This document shows, in pieces, positions 10,050 through 49,379 of a stretch of 64,000 nt of DNA (position 1 is the stretch's first letter; each line of letters begins with the position of its first letter). The notes below the pieces were generated by a model. The model was not told the DNA's origin and made no database searches. It saw only the letters and a list, made by a program, of their open reading frames with translations. The stretch comes from Octopus sinensis (Eukaryota), in contig NC_043016.1 in the NCBI RefSeq assembly GCF_006345805.1, forward strand, positions 32,674,001 to 32,738,000. The letters run 5' to 3'. A program made the position numbers and the translations under genes.

Positions 10050-12502
10050 TGTATATATATAAAAGTGAAGTTGTGTGAGTGTCTGTCTCCTACGATTTAG
10101 ATTCCTAACTACTCCCACATTTTGCGGTGCAGTTTAACCAAAACCGGGTATCTTATAGTCGTGATTCATATCGAGCCTTTCTGGGTAATAGCGCGCGTCT
10201 ACGATGAGTCTACGATTTTAAAAATAATTTACCATATTTTTTTTCCATTTTAAAGCATATTTTTTGGGTTCTTCCAATTTTTTCGTGTGTCGATGGCGGC
10301 GGAATTGGCGTCCATGCTCACACCTGCACCTGTGTTGCTTCTCCCCTTTCTTCCCTCCCTCGTGAAGCTGTGGGGAAGGGAGTGTAAGGAAATCAACGTC
10401 GTAAAGCGTTGTCAAGGAGACCAGCGTTCTTTTAGAACAACGACTTCATGGCTTGAAAACACCAAAACAGAAATGGCTAAGAAAGCCCGAAAGCAAATTC
10501 TACAAAATCGGGAAACACGCCACACAAGGCAGGTTTCCTGTGCAAACAATTTGCACAACCGAATGTTTTAGTTGTTGCACAAATCTTTATATATAAAAGT
10601 CAAGTTGTGTGTCTGTCTCCTACGATTTAGATTCCTAACTACTCCCACATTTTGCGGTGCAGTGTAACCAAAACCGGGTATCTTATAGTCGTGATTCATA
10701 TCGAGCCCTTCTGGGTATTAGCGCGCGTCTACGATGAGTCTATGATTTAAAAAAAATTTACCATCATTTTTTCCATTTTAATGCATTTTTTCGCTATTAT
10801 ATAAGAGAAGTAACTCTCTAAAAATGTCTACGATGAGTCAACGATTTAAAAAAATTTACCATCATTTTTTATTCCATTTTAATGCATTTTTTTGCTATAA
10901 CTCTCTAAAAATGCTTATATAGTTATTTCCCTTACAAACCCGAGCAACGCCGGGCGATACTGCTAGTCTATATATATAAAAGTGAAGTTGTGTGAGTGTC
11001 TGTCTCCTACGATTTTGATTCCTAACTACTCCCACATTTTGCGGTCCAGTTTCACCAAATTCGGGTATCTTATAGTCGTGATTCATATCGAGCCCGTCTG
11101 GGTATTAGCGCGCGTCTACGATGAGTCTACGATTTTAAAAATAATTTACCATAATTTTTTTCCATTTTAACGCATATTTTTTAAAGGCTGTGGGGAAGGG
11201 AGTGTAAGGAAATCAACATCGTAAAGCGTTGTCAAGGAGACCAGCGTTCTTTTAGAACAACGACTTCATGGCTTGAAGACACCAAAACAGAAATGGCTAA
11301 GAAAGCCCGAAAGCAAATTCTACAAAATCGGGAAACACGCCACACAGGGAAGGTTTCCCGTGCAAATAATTTGCACAACCGAATGTTTTAGTTGTTGCAC
11401 AACTTTTACTTAAAAAATATTATCCAAACACAAACTTTTGAAGGCAATATTGTATGACGATGGTACTTGTGAAATATGGTAATGGATTTAGTAGCCAAAA
11501 GGAGAGAGCAGAGGCATAGTATAGTGGTGGTGGAGGCGGTGGTAGTGGCAGCGGTGGTGGCGGTGGTGCTGGTAGTGGTGATGGTGGTCGTGGTCGTGGT
11601 GGTCGTCGTGTTTGTGGTGGTGGTGTTGTTGTTGTTGTTGTTGGTGGGGGTCGTGGTGATGATGGTGGTGGTCGTGGTGGTCGTGGTGGTCTTCGTGATG
11701 GTGGTGGTGATGGTCATGGGCGTAGTGGTGGTGGTGCTCATGGTGGTAGTGGTGATTGTGTTGGTGGTGGTGGTGGTGGCTGAAGCTGTCGTCTGGGTTC
11801 TTCCAATTTTTTCGTGTGTCGGTGGCGGCGTTGGCGTTCATGCTCGCACCTGCAACTGTGTAGCTCCTCCCCTTCTTCCCTCCCTTGTGAAGCTGTGGGG
11901 AAGGCAGGGTAGGGAAATCAACGTCGTAAAGCGTTGTCAAGGAGACCAGCGTTCTTTTAGAACAACGACTTCATGGCTTGAAGTCGCCAAAACAGAAATC
12001 GCTAAAAAAGCTGAAACAGATCCACAAAAACGGCAAAAACCGCCACAGAGGGCAGGTCTCGTGTGCAAACAATTTGCACAACCGAATGTTTTAGTTGTTG
12101 CACAAATCTTTATATATAAAAGTAAGGTTGTGTGTCTGTCTCCTACGATTTAGATTCCTAACTACTCCCACATTTAACGGTGCAGTTTAACCAAAACCGG
12201 GTATCTTATAGTCGTGATTCATATCGAGCCCTTCTGGGTATTAGCGCGCGTCTACGATGAGTCTACGATTTAAAAAAAATATTACCATAATTTTTTTCCA
12301 TTTTAATGCATTTTTTCGCTATTAAATAAGGGAAGTAACTCTCTAAAAATGTCTACGATGAGTCAACGATTTTAAAAAATTACCATAATTTTTTATTCCA
12401 TTTTTAATGCATTTTTTTGCTATTTTTTGGCTATAACTCTCTAAAAATGCTTATATAGTTATTTCCCTTACAAACCCGAGCAACGCCGGGCGATACTGCT
12501 AG
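10050..12502 (+). mobile_element. Non-autonomous Helitron, head-to-tail dimer (10050-10966 and 10967-12502)
   Basis: 3' hairpin CCCGAGCAACGCCGGG then CGATACTGCTAG; junction CTAG|TCTATATATATAAAAG at 10966/10967; inserted between A10049 and T12503. Confidence 0.88.
11495..11790. repeat. Degenerate (GTG/GTC/GAT)n trinucleotide tract inside Helitron copy 2
   Basis: Low-complexity triplet repeat that generates spurious poly-V/T/H ORFs. Confidence 0.9.
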
Positions 12503-13479
12503 TTATATATAATGATAGAGACTACTTATATGCACTAAATGTATGTTTTTGCCAATGCTTACATCTGTATGCTCGCTCTATAACCGTGTTTACTAGGGTA
12601 TTTTTAGAAAAAATAATGAAAAATAGCTCAGAATTGCAGAGAAGACAGAATTTCTTGCCTTTGTCATATGGTATCGAAATTGAGAGAATTAACCATTCTA
12701 AATGAAATTGTTCATTGTGGTCTTTTAAATCCCAAATCAGTTTGCTGAAATAAACGGAATAGTACCAGTCTCAGCAAACTGATTTGAGATTTAAAAGACC
12801 ACAATGAACAATTTCATTTAGAATGGTTGATTCTCTCAATTTCGATACCATATGACAAAGGCAAGAAATTATGTCTTCTCTGCAATTCTGAGCTATTTTT
12901 CATTATTTTTTCTAAAATACTCTAGTAAACACGGTTATAGAGCGAGCATACAGATGTAAGCATTGGCAAAAACATACATTTAGTGCATATAAGTAGTCTC
13001 TATCATTATATATAATTTAAACTTTAATTTCCATTATATTTAACATTCACTATTAATATCCCTACTGTTTCTGTTAGCTACTTATGACGTTATATCATAT
13101 AACGTTTTTTTAAACAATATTAATAGCGTTCTGTCTATCGCTATACAAATCCATCATTTTTTGCTAAAATGTCTTATTGACGAGTTCCGATTTTTTCACT
13201 TTCCTGAAAAGATTGCATTGTTTATACCATTTATTCTTTTAAATAGTATCAGTGGAATTTTCGAAACATGTGTCGAAGTAAAAATATTTGATTACGCCTG
13301 CGTTAACTCCATTTTTTAAATTCATATTATTCAAAATATTCAACGTAAACACGAAGTTTCTACCTTTATAAACAAGGAGTTACAACACCTTTACTTGTGA
13401 GATTTTTGCTGCCCTGGTAACTATTTATTTATTTTTTCCGTGTTAATTGTTAACAAGGTAAAAATACACTCATCTATTT

Positions 13480-13545
<66 letters not shown>

Positions 13546-13557
13546 ATATATATATAA

Positions 13558-13600
<43 letters not shown>

Positions 13601-14196
13601 TTATATTAGAAGAAATGAGGTACTCAGAAGATCGGATGGTTTATATTTACAGATATTTATTTATATATTACATTTTTTATATATATATATCATATCACTT
13701 AGATCATTAGCGCTTTCTCCCATTCTAGTGGGGTTTTCAAATCAAACTAAGTTCCTGTGTGGGGAATTTTGATCATTTTATAGAATTTCGTAGTGGTGGG
13801 GAGGAATATAAGACAGTACAAGAGGATGATGGATGAGGTGAAAGTGAGAGAGAGAACATGTGTGTATGTGTGTGTGTGTATGTTTGTATCTGAGGTGAGT
13901 GCTAAAGAGAAAGAGGTGAAGGGAGAGGGAAGATGAAGGAAAGAATTTCTTTTTTGGTCTGTGCTGGATGGAATATTGACTCCAAGGGGGTTCTAAGGCC
14001 TTAGGAAAAAAAAAGAATTTCAGCTTTAACCACTTCACAGTGTCACTGAGTGTGTGGTGGCGGGGAGGCAGGCCATAAATTATATTTCCTTTTATCATTG
14101 TGAGAATGGTCAAATGCTTTTTTTGGGTTTAAGAATTCTTTCCACTTTTTATGATCGTTTTGTGGAGGTGTGTATATGTGTCTGTGTGTGTGTGTC

Positions 14197-14233
<37 letters not shown>

Positions 14234-14334
14234 GCGTATGTGTGCGTGTGCGTGTGTCTGTGTATTTGGAGACGGGAAGAGAGAAAAAAAGAAAAAGAAA
14301 GATAAGGGAGGAAGGGGAAAAAATTGTGTTGATA

Positions 14335-14816
14335 TTTATACCACTATATATATATACATGCTTATACATGAAATATTAGGGAAAAAAACACCTTTTATCG
14401 ATTCAAAATGAACAACTAAATTACACCATCTTGAAAATTGTATATCATAGGAAGGTTAAAATTAAAGTGACAATTAAAAAGTAAAGATGAAGTAAATTTT
14501 CAAAAATAATATAATGTATATAACAGGCAATATATATATACACACACACATATATATATACATATACACACATATACTAAATGTTCTACTATATTAAATT
14601 GTAAATCGAAAGATGTGTCCTTCAATGTCAGTATATATATATACATGCTTATACATGAAATATTAGAAAAAAAACACCTTTTATCGATTCAAAATGAACA
14701 ATCAAATTACACCATCTTGAAAATTGCATATCATAGGAAGGTTAAAATTAAAATGACAATTGGCACGTAAAGATTAAGTAAATTACAAAAATAATATAAT
14801 GTATATAACAGGTAAT

Positions 14817-14847
<31 letters not shown>

Positions 14848-15115
14848 TACATATATGTGCCGGTGGCACATAAAAAGCACCATCCGTTCGTGGCCGTTTG
14901 CCAGCTCTGTCTGGCACCTGTGCGGGTGGCACGTAAAAAGCACCCACTACACTCTCGGAGTGGTTGGCGTTAGGAAGGGCATCCAGCCGTAGAAACACTG
15001 CCAGATTTGACTGGGCCTGATGAAGCCTTCTGGCTTCACAGACCCCAGTAGAACCGTCCAACCCATGCTGGCATGGAAAACGGACGCTAAACGATGATGA
15101 TGATGATGATGATGA

Positions 15116-15166
<51 letters not shown>

Positions 15167-17125
15167 TATTAAATGTTCTACTATATTATATTGTAAATCG
15201 AAAGATTTGTCCTTCAATGTATGACGAGTAAAATTTCAGCCATTTAATTTGGGGGAGAACTTAGCTATGAAATATTTTTCCATATTCCTCCTGAAAGAGG
15301 TGTCGTTCTTCGGACATTTGTAGAAGGGAAAGATCTTAAATTTTCCTTCTCCACACGTAGCTAGGTGTGTACTTAGTGGTATTTTGCGTAGTTCTTCCAG
15401 CCGAATATGTTGTCGGTGAATCCTGGCTCGCTGGCACAAAGAATTCTCCTTGCACGCGGGGCAGGTTATGCAGTATATAACGTTCTGCGTCTTGCAGTTC
15501 ATATCTGCATTTACTTTGAATACGTAACCACTTTTAAATCTCATCTCTCTGTTTCCCTCTATGTATTTGTTGGTGGGGTTGCTGCAGATCCCACATCTAC
15601 CATCTCCGCACTCTTTTGCAAAGAATTCCGTTTTACTTTCTGAAGAGAATTTCGCTCTTGTTAGGTGTTTCTTTAGGTTTTTGTCCTGTTGTCTACTGTT
15701 TTTTATGCTATATTTGTTTAATATGTTTTTCATTTTGGGGCTTTGTAAGGCTATTGGTAGGTTTGAATGTATGGTTTGGAAGATGTTGGTAACTCCAGGG
15801 TTGTGCGTGTTTATAAAAGGGATAATGTTTTCTTTGATTTTTGTTTTGGGTGTCCTGAGATGTGCGATGTCTAGTTTTAATGCTCTTGTGATTCCATTTT
15901 CTATTAGTTTAAAGGGGTATTTTTGCTCTAGGACGAAGTTTTTGAGTTCATCTAGTCTTATTAATCGTATTTGTGAATCAGTTACTATGCTACATATTCG
16001 TCTTGCCATACTATATGGGATGTTTCTTTTTGTGTGGAATGGGTGGCATGAGTGGAAATTTAAATATTGGTGTGTGTCAGTTTTTTTGTAGTGGGTGTCT
16101 GTTGTGACGATGGAGTTGTGTATTTTGATGTTGATGTCTAGGAAGGGAAGTTCGTTGTGGCTGGTATCTATTGTGAAGTTGATAGATGGGTGCAGCGTAT
16201 TGAGGATGTTGTGGAATGTTCGTAGGTCTTCCTCTGATCTGTTCCAAAAGATGAAGCAGTCATCGAGGTAGCGTTTCCACTTTTTCTTGATGTCTTCTCT
16301 GAAGTCGTGTTCGAAGACTTTCCCTATTTCATCGTATAGTTTGTTCTCCAGGAAACCCATCACCAGGTTGGCATATGAAGGTGCGAATTTTGTACCCATA
16401 GCCGTGCCTTTTATCTGTCGATGAGAATGTATTTTCTTCGAGTATTAATTGGGTGGCTTGGGTGATAAAGTTTGTCTTAAAGCGTTCGTCTATAAGTTCT
16501 CTGTATTTTTCTATCGATTGTTTTATTGCTTCTAGACCTAGGGTGTGTGGTATGTTTGTGCATAGATTTGTGACATCAAAGCTTGCAAGTATGGTGTTTT
16601 TCGGGACTGTATTTGGATTGTGTGTGAGGAAGTCTATGTCATCCCTTATGTAGCTTGGTATCTGTGGGCATAAAGGTTTGAGGAGTATATCTATGAAGTG
16701 GCTTAGTTGTTGTGTTGGTGCCTGGAGTCCTGCCACTATTGGTCTCATTGTGAGGTCTGCAGGCCTTTGTATTCTTATATAGTGGTTCCTCTGTTCCTTT
16801 ATGGCTCTCTGTATTTCAGAGCTTTTATGAATTTTAGGTAATCCATAAAAATTGCTTTCTTTGGTTCTTGAGTTGCATAGACACTCTTTCTACTTATCTG
16901 TAAAGGAGTTCTGGTATTGACTAAAGTTCTAATTTTTTTTATTGTTGCTTTCTCCGGTGGTGTTGGTTCCTCTTTATAGTATGTCTGGTTGTTCAGTAAC
17001 TCCAGTATCTTTTCTTTGTAGTAATCTGTATCCATAATTACTATTGCTCCACCTTTGTCAGCTTCTTTTATAATGATTGACTTATCATTTTTCAGTTTTT
17101 GTAAGGCTTGTTTTTCTCCTCTGCG
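14335..17125 (-). mobile_element. Decayed Penelope-like element (RT plus GIY-YIG) with tandem pseudo-LTR-like 3' repeats
   Basis: IIIKEADKGGAIVIM, MGTKFAPSYANL, RYLDDCFIFW and CKTQNVIYCITC lacking YIG, split over 3 frames (17035-16799, 16748-16329, 16399-15236); direct repeats 14335-14530/14635-14815 and 14570-14630/15165-15225. Confidence 0.9.
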
Positions 17126-17181
17126 GAGATTCTATTTGCATTTGTGTGTGTGGAGAGGGAATTTATATATATATTTATATA

Positions 17182-17228
<47 letters not shown>

Positions 17229-17933
17229 TTATATATATATATATATTACTGGAAAACGGCTGAATGGATTTTCACCAAATTTGGCAGAAATACTCATTGG
17301 GTGAGTGGCTCGAACTCATTATTATGGTTTGATTATCTTCAAAACAGGCGGATGGGTGAATCAAGATGTCATTTTTCTTTGTTACATAGGCATAAACAAT
17401 AAACAGGGGGAAATAACTGTTGATGCAATTTTGTTGAAATATGAATTCGTCTGAGAATATATTTATTAAATTAAATTTTATCCTTATGAATGCGCATTGT
17501 TTTGAATTAATCATGCTTTATTTGTTTTTACATTGAGATTTTGATGATGTGCTTGCATCATTTTTAGTATGACATCGCAGGGTAGGCGTGAGAGGCTGAA
17601 AAATGGCCAGATATGGCTGGTTTAAATGCCTAAGTATTGTTTGTAAAGAATAAAATGTTTTGAATGGTACAACAATGCACTATAATATAGATAATTCTTA
17701 TTTAAGAATATCTGAAGAAGGAATGTAATTCTGAAACATCATATCAGATCATGGATAACTAAATTACAACAGGTAAATAGCCCATTGTCTATATTATAGT
17801 ACATTGTTGTACCATTCAAAACTTTTTATTCTTTAAGTATTAGAATAGCAGGCATCAATAAACTCAAAATATCCACTCACATAAGAATTTATAACATAAG
17901 AACAAACAAAGGTGAAAATTCCTTTGAAATTAC

Positions 17934-44894
<26,961 letters not shown>

Positions 44895-45309
44895 CTGCAA
44901 AGAGAAATAAATAAATGCATGAATACATAAATAAATAACACAAACAAAGAATAAAAAAATTGAATTTTAAAAAAAATTCTCAAACATAAACTTTAAAACA
45001 GGTATAAATTTTTTATGTATATATATAGATACATACATACACTTGTAGATATGTATTTGCTTGCGTGTGTGTGTGTGTTGTTAGCAACAGAAGCTTAATT
45101 AGTTCAGAATAGCATTCTATATACATGGATATGTTGTAGAAAGCCACAGCACTGTGCTGTTCATATTGAGGAAAGACATCATATAGCCATATAGTGCTAA
45201 GAAAGCAATATATACGTAATGTACATAAATCTCTGTCGATTCACCAGAAGTGATAAAATACAGGATTCAATACACAAGTAAAGTATTCTTTAATAATGTG
45301 TATGGATGA

Positions 45310-45590
45310 GGATGTGGAGGCACATGGCCTAGTGGTTAGAGCAGCGGACTCACGGTTGAGGGATCATGGGTTCAAATCTCGGACTGGGCGATGTGAGTGT
45401 TTAAGGCAGAAGGTAATGGTGAATTTCTGCTGACTCTTTTGCCACAGCTTTCTCTCACTCTTTCTTCCTGCATCTTGCAGCTCACCTGCGATGGACTGGC
45501 GTCCCGTCCAGGTGGGGAACCTATATGCCAAGGAAACTGGGAAACTGGCCCTTATGAGCCAGGCGTGGCTCGAGAAGGAACAAACAATGG
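45310..45590 (+). mobile_element. tRNA-derived SINE family C; inverted copy at ~29290-29595
   Basis: TGGCCTAGTGGTTAG A box, GGTTCAAATCTC B box; no CCA or acceptor stem, continues into a SINE body. Confidence 0.8.
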
Positions 45591-46736
45591 ATGAGGATAG
45601 TTGCATAAAGAAGTGCTGAGCTCTAATTGTGGAGAGTAACCCAGGAAGATGTGGGATAAAGTGGTGAGAAAGGATCTTCAAATGCTGGGCCTCATTGAGG
45701 AAATGACAAGGGACTGGGAGATGTGATGATTTGCTGTACTTGATAAGACAAGTCAAGCTAAGCAGAATTGCTGTCTTCTACACATTCAAGCTTGTCCTTT
45801 CAGGTGCTGGTGCCACTTGTAAAGCACCTGTGCCAGTACTGTGTAAATGCAACTGTACAGGTGGCACATAAAAAGCATCCAGTACACTCTGTTAAGTGAT
45901 TGGCATTAGGAAGGGCATCCAGCCATAGGAACCATGTCACAACAGACAATTGGAGTCTGGACAGCTTGACTGGCCAGCTCCATTTCAAAACATCCAATCC
46001 ATAGCCAGCATGGGAAATGGACATTAAACAATGATGATAATGACAACTAAGATAACTGAAAGGCTCTAATTTCCTGTACTCAGTTATTCATTTCCAATCA
46101 TCAGCTGGTAAATTGACCCTGTTTTCTTATGAATGGTGAAGCTTTTGTTTACAATCAAAGCACCATCACATGAGTACTGTGGCCATGGTGGGTGGGGCAC
46201 CACCTTCAAGGGTTTTGTTAATCAATCTGTAATGGCACTTATTACAGATTGGCATTTGATTGATCGTAATTTGTTGAACCAAAGTTATGGACTTGGCAAA
46301 ACACAACATAAACAACTAGAATAAACGCAAACATGCAAAAATGCACACACACACACACACACATAGAGTTTGACCTAAAGCTATGATGAAAGATATTTGC
46401 TCAAGTGAAATAGAATGGAGCCAAATTTAGGAAATAGTGGTTCTGAGACTAATTTTTTAACTTGACAACCAAAATTTCAGGTTTTCTGCCTATAGAAGAA
46501 ATTATTATCATTATTTCTATTTAAGGCAGTAGGCTGGCAGAATTGTTAGCATGCTGGCTAAAATACTTAGTGCTGTTTTGTCTGCTGCTACATTCTGAGT
46601 TCAAATTCTGCCAAGGTCAACTTTGCCTTTCATCCTTTTGAGGCTGATAAATTAGGTACCAGTTGCATACTGGGATCAATGTAATCGACAGGACCCCTCC
46701 TCCTAAATTTCAGGCCTTGTGTCTACAGCAGAAAGA

Positions 46737-46775
<39 letters not shown>

Positions 46776-47950
46776 ATTATTATTATTAAGGGGCTAGCGT
46801 CGCTGTTTGGTGAAGAAGTTTGCTCTCTAATGGCATGGTACTCGGTTCAGTCCCATTGTGTGGCACCTACGGCAAGTATTTTCTACTAAATAACCCTGGT
46901 CCAGCCAGTTCATGTTAGAGTATTTGGGAGTTGGAAATTAAAAGCTCATCATAATCAACATCATCATCATCATTATCATCAATATCATTTAACATCCATT
47001 GGAGAACTACACCATGCTCTAATGTCTGCTATGGCTGGATCCCCCCCCCCCGCCCCAACAGCAATCACTTTATAGAGGGTACCAGTGTCATAGAGGGTAC
47101 TGGTGAGGTTGCAATGTAACTCACAAGATGAAAGGGAGAGCACTTTACATTAAGCTGGCAGAATTGTTAGCACGTCGAGCAAAATGCTTAATTCCACTGA
47201 GGTCTACTCAGCCTTTCATTCTTTCGGAGTCAATAAAATAAGGACCAGTTGAATGCTGGAAGGTCAGTGTTATATCAACTTACACTCCTTGTCTGAAACT
47301 GCCGGCCTTGTGCCAAAATTTCATATCAATATTGTATACATACATATTGTAAAAAGCATCCAGCCCACACTGTGAAGTGGTTGGCATTTGGAAGGGCATC
47401 CAGCTGTAAAAAAAAAACATGCCAGAACTGACCTCACATGCATTGGTGGCACATAAAAAACTCTCAATCCACTCTGTAGGGTGGTTGATGTTAGGAAGGG
47501 TATCCAGCCATAGAAACCATGCCAAAATGGATACAGTAGTCTGGGGCAATGTTCTACCTGGCTGGCTCCTGTCAAACCGTCCAACCCATGCCAGCATAGA
47601 ATGTGGATATTAAACGATGATGACGATGATGATGACATATCATATACACATATGTATGTGTGCATGTATGCATAGATGTATGTATATATGTTTTTGTCAC
47701 CCTGTTTTAATGTGTGCTAATTCTAAGCAAGAAACAGCATTCATACATATTTGATATCATTTGCTTTTGATTTTCTGGGGGAAAAAAAAACTCCATGTGC
47801 TGGGAAATATTCCCCTTGTTTGGAAAATAAGTGAGGGTTAGTAACAGTAAGAGCATCCAGTCAGGGAAGGAAAATCTGCTTCAATAAAGCTTTGTTCGGC
47901 CCATGCAAGTGTGAGGAAAGGGATTTAAAGACAATGATGAGATAATGACA

Positions 47951-47989
<39 letters not shown>

Positions 47990-48004
47990 GTAATGATGAC
48001 ACTT

Positions 48005-48416
48005 AAGGCGGCGAGCTGGCAGAAACGTTAGCACGACGGGCAAAATGCTTAGCGGTATTTCGTCTGCGTTACGTTGTGAGTTCAAATTCCGCCGAGGTCG
48101 ACTTTGCCTTTCATCCTTTCGGGGTCGATAAATTAAGTACCAGTTATGCACTGGGGTCGATGTAATCGACTTAATACCTATAATAATAATAATAATAAAC
48201 ATTGTGTACAGTGCTCAGGTGCACCACAACTCATCGAAAGTGTATATATAATCAGGTGTAGTTTCGACGGATTTCGGAAAGCATGAGGGCCTTAAAGGAT
48301 GCAGTGTCATGGCAGTCAACAACTGACGCAGGCAGTTTATTCCATGCTTCAGCAACTCTGTCTGTCCTTGTTTGTCCCCTCTGTGTTTAGCCCCTTGTGG
48401 GTAATAAAGAAATAGG
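48005..48416 (+). mobile_element. tRNA-derived SINE family A (representative, split by CR1); other copies ~3412-3629(-), 26738-26958(-), 27383-27609(-), 33665-33850(-), 44365-44585(-), 46525-46735(+), 63155-63367(-)
   Basis: A box GGCAGAAACGTTAG, B box GAGTTCAAATTCC, shared body and tail across copies. Confidence 0.85.
48197..48360 (-). mobile_element. Second, shorter copy of the same CR1 3' fragment, nested in a SINE
   Basis: Near-identical to 21098-21270; splits SINE 48005-48175 from its tail 48361-48416. Confidence 0.85.
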
Positions 48417-48418
48417 TA

Positions 48419-48660
48419 ATGATGACACTGATAATAATGATGTCAATGATAATGATGATAATGGTGATGATGATGACAATAATGATGATGTTCCTGATGA
48501 TAATAACGACTGATGATGCTGATGACGGCGACAATGTTGATGATGATAACAAGGATGATGATAATGATAACGATAATGATGAGGAGGAGGAGGAGGACAA
48601 TGCTGCTACCGCTGACGATGATGATGACAAAGATGGCAGTAGTGGTAGTGGAGTCATTAA
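48419..48660. repeat. Degenerate (GAT/AAT/GAG)n tract
   Basis: Low-complexity triplet repeat. Confidence 0.9.
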
Positions 48661-49379
48661 TTAGATTTTCATTCCTTACCTCATTTATATACATATGACG
48701 GTTCTGACATGGCCAATAAATTCTTTGGAAATGGCAAATCTAAGTAATTTGCATTCCTTTTCCTGATATTGACAGAGTATTTCACTCTCATTTATATACA
48801 TAGAATGTAAATATTTAAGTCTGCAAAAATTCAAAAAATTCTTAAGCATGATTCCAGTATCCTTATTTATTTCAACTGATCAAATTTTAAAAAAAATCTG
48901 GGACAACATTATCCCTAATTTAGTAATCTATTTTCTAAACTACCAAATTTGTCACCCTCCCTGCGCTCTCTCTTTGAATCTGTCTATATTTTACATTCTT
49001 TTAATTTTGCCATAGTTGGTACTCCAAAGCAATACTGCCCCAAGCAAGAACTACTTTGGAGTTCTTCATTTCTAATCTAAGAAACATCCGTCATACTTCC
49101 TCATTCTTCATTCCAACAGCAGCACCACCATCACCACAGTCTTCTCCTCCCCCTCCATTCTGTACACAGCTGTCACAGCCACCTGGGGTTCCGTATACAG
49201 TTTATGACCCCCAATGTGAAAACAAACTAATTCAATCATTTAGTTTTTTTTTTTTTTATTTACATGAGGTAATGGTGGTGGTGTTTCCAATTCCGAATCT
49301 GTATTCCATTGGGTTGGCAGGCATAGTTTCTCCAAGAGTTTGCAAGATTTAAAACTTTTGCAGCAATAACAGCAGACAA

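Larger units (their letters stand above)
9734..13327. repeat. Giant fold-back palindrome: left arm 9734-10049 plus 12503-12748, loop 12749-12770, right arm 12771-13327
   Basis: Arms are reverse complements at high identity and become contiguous once the Helitron dimer is removed. Confidence 0.95.

Noticed and set aside
11406-12153. Poly-Val, poly-Thr and poly-His ORFs
   Set aside because: Translation of a trinucleotide microsatellite running into Helitron sequence.
14335-14815. Hammerhead in the Penelope-2 3' repeats (CCTATGA...GATA)
   Set aside because: Both halves of the core are mutated and stem III is absent, so it is too degenerate to call.
17833-17933. Read-through of the last exon (GNFKGIFTFVCSYV...) as a membrane anchor
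   Set aside because: There is a good GT donor at 17933, and the read-through is short, not a convincing TM helix and ends in a stop.
45310-45400. tRNA gene
   Set aside because: It has A/B boxes but no acceptor stem, and it continues into a SINE body with an inverted copy at ~29500, so it is a tRNA-derived SINE head.
48349-48698. Acidic (D/E-rich) and Ser/Ile-rich ORFs
   Set aside because: Translation of (GAT/AAT/GAG)n repeats.
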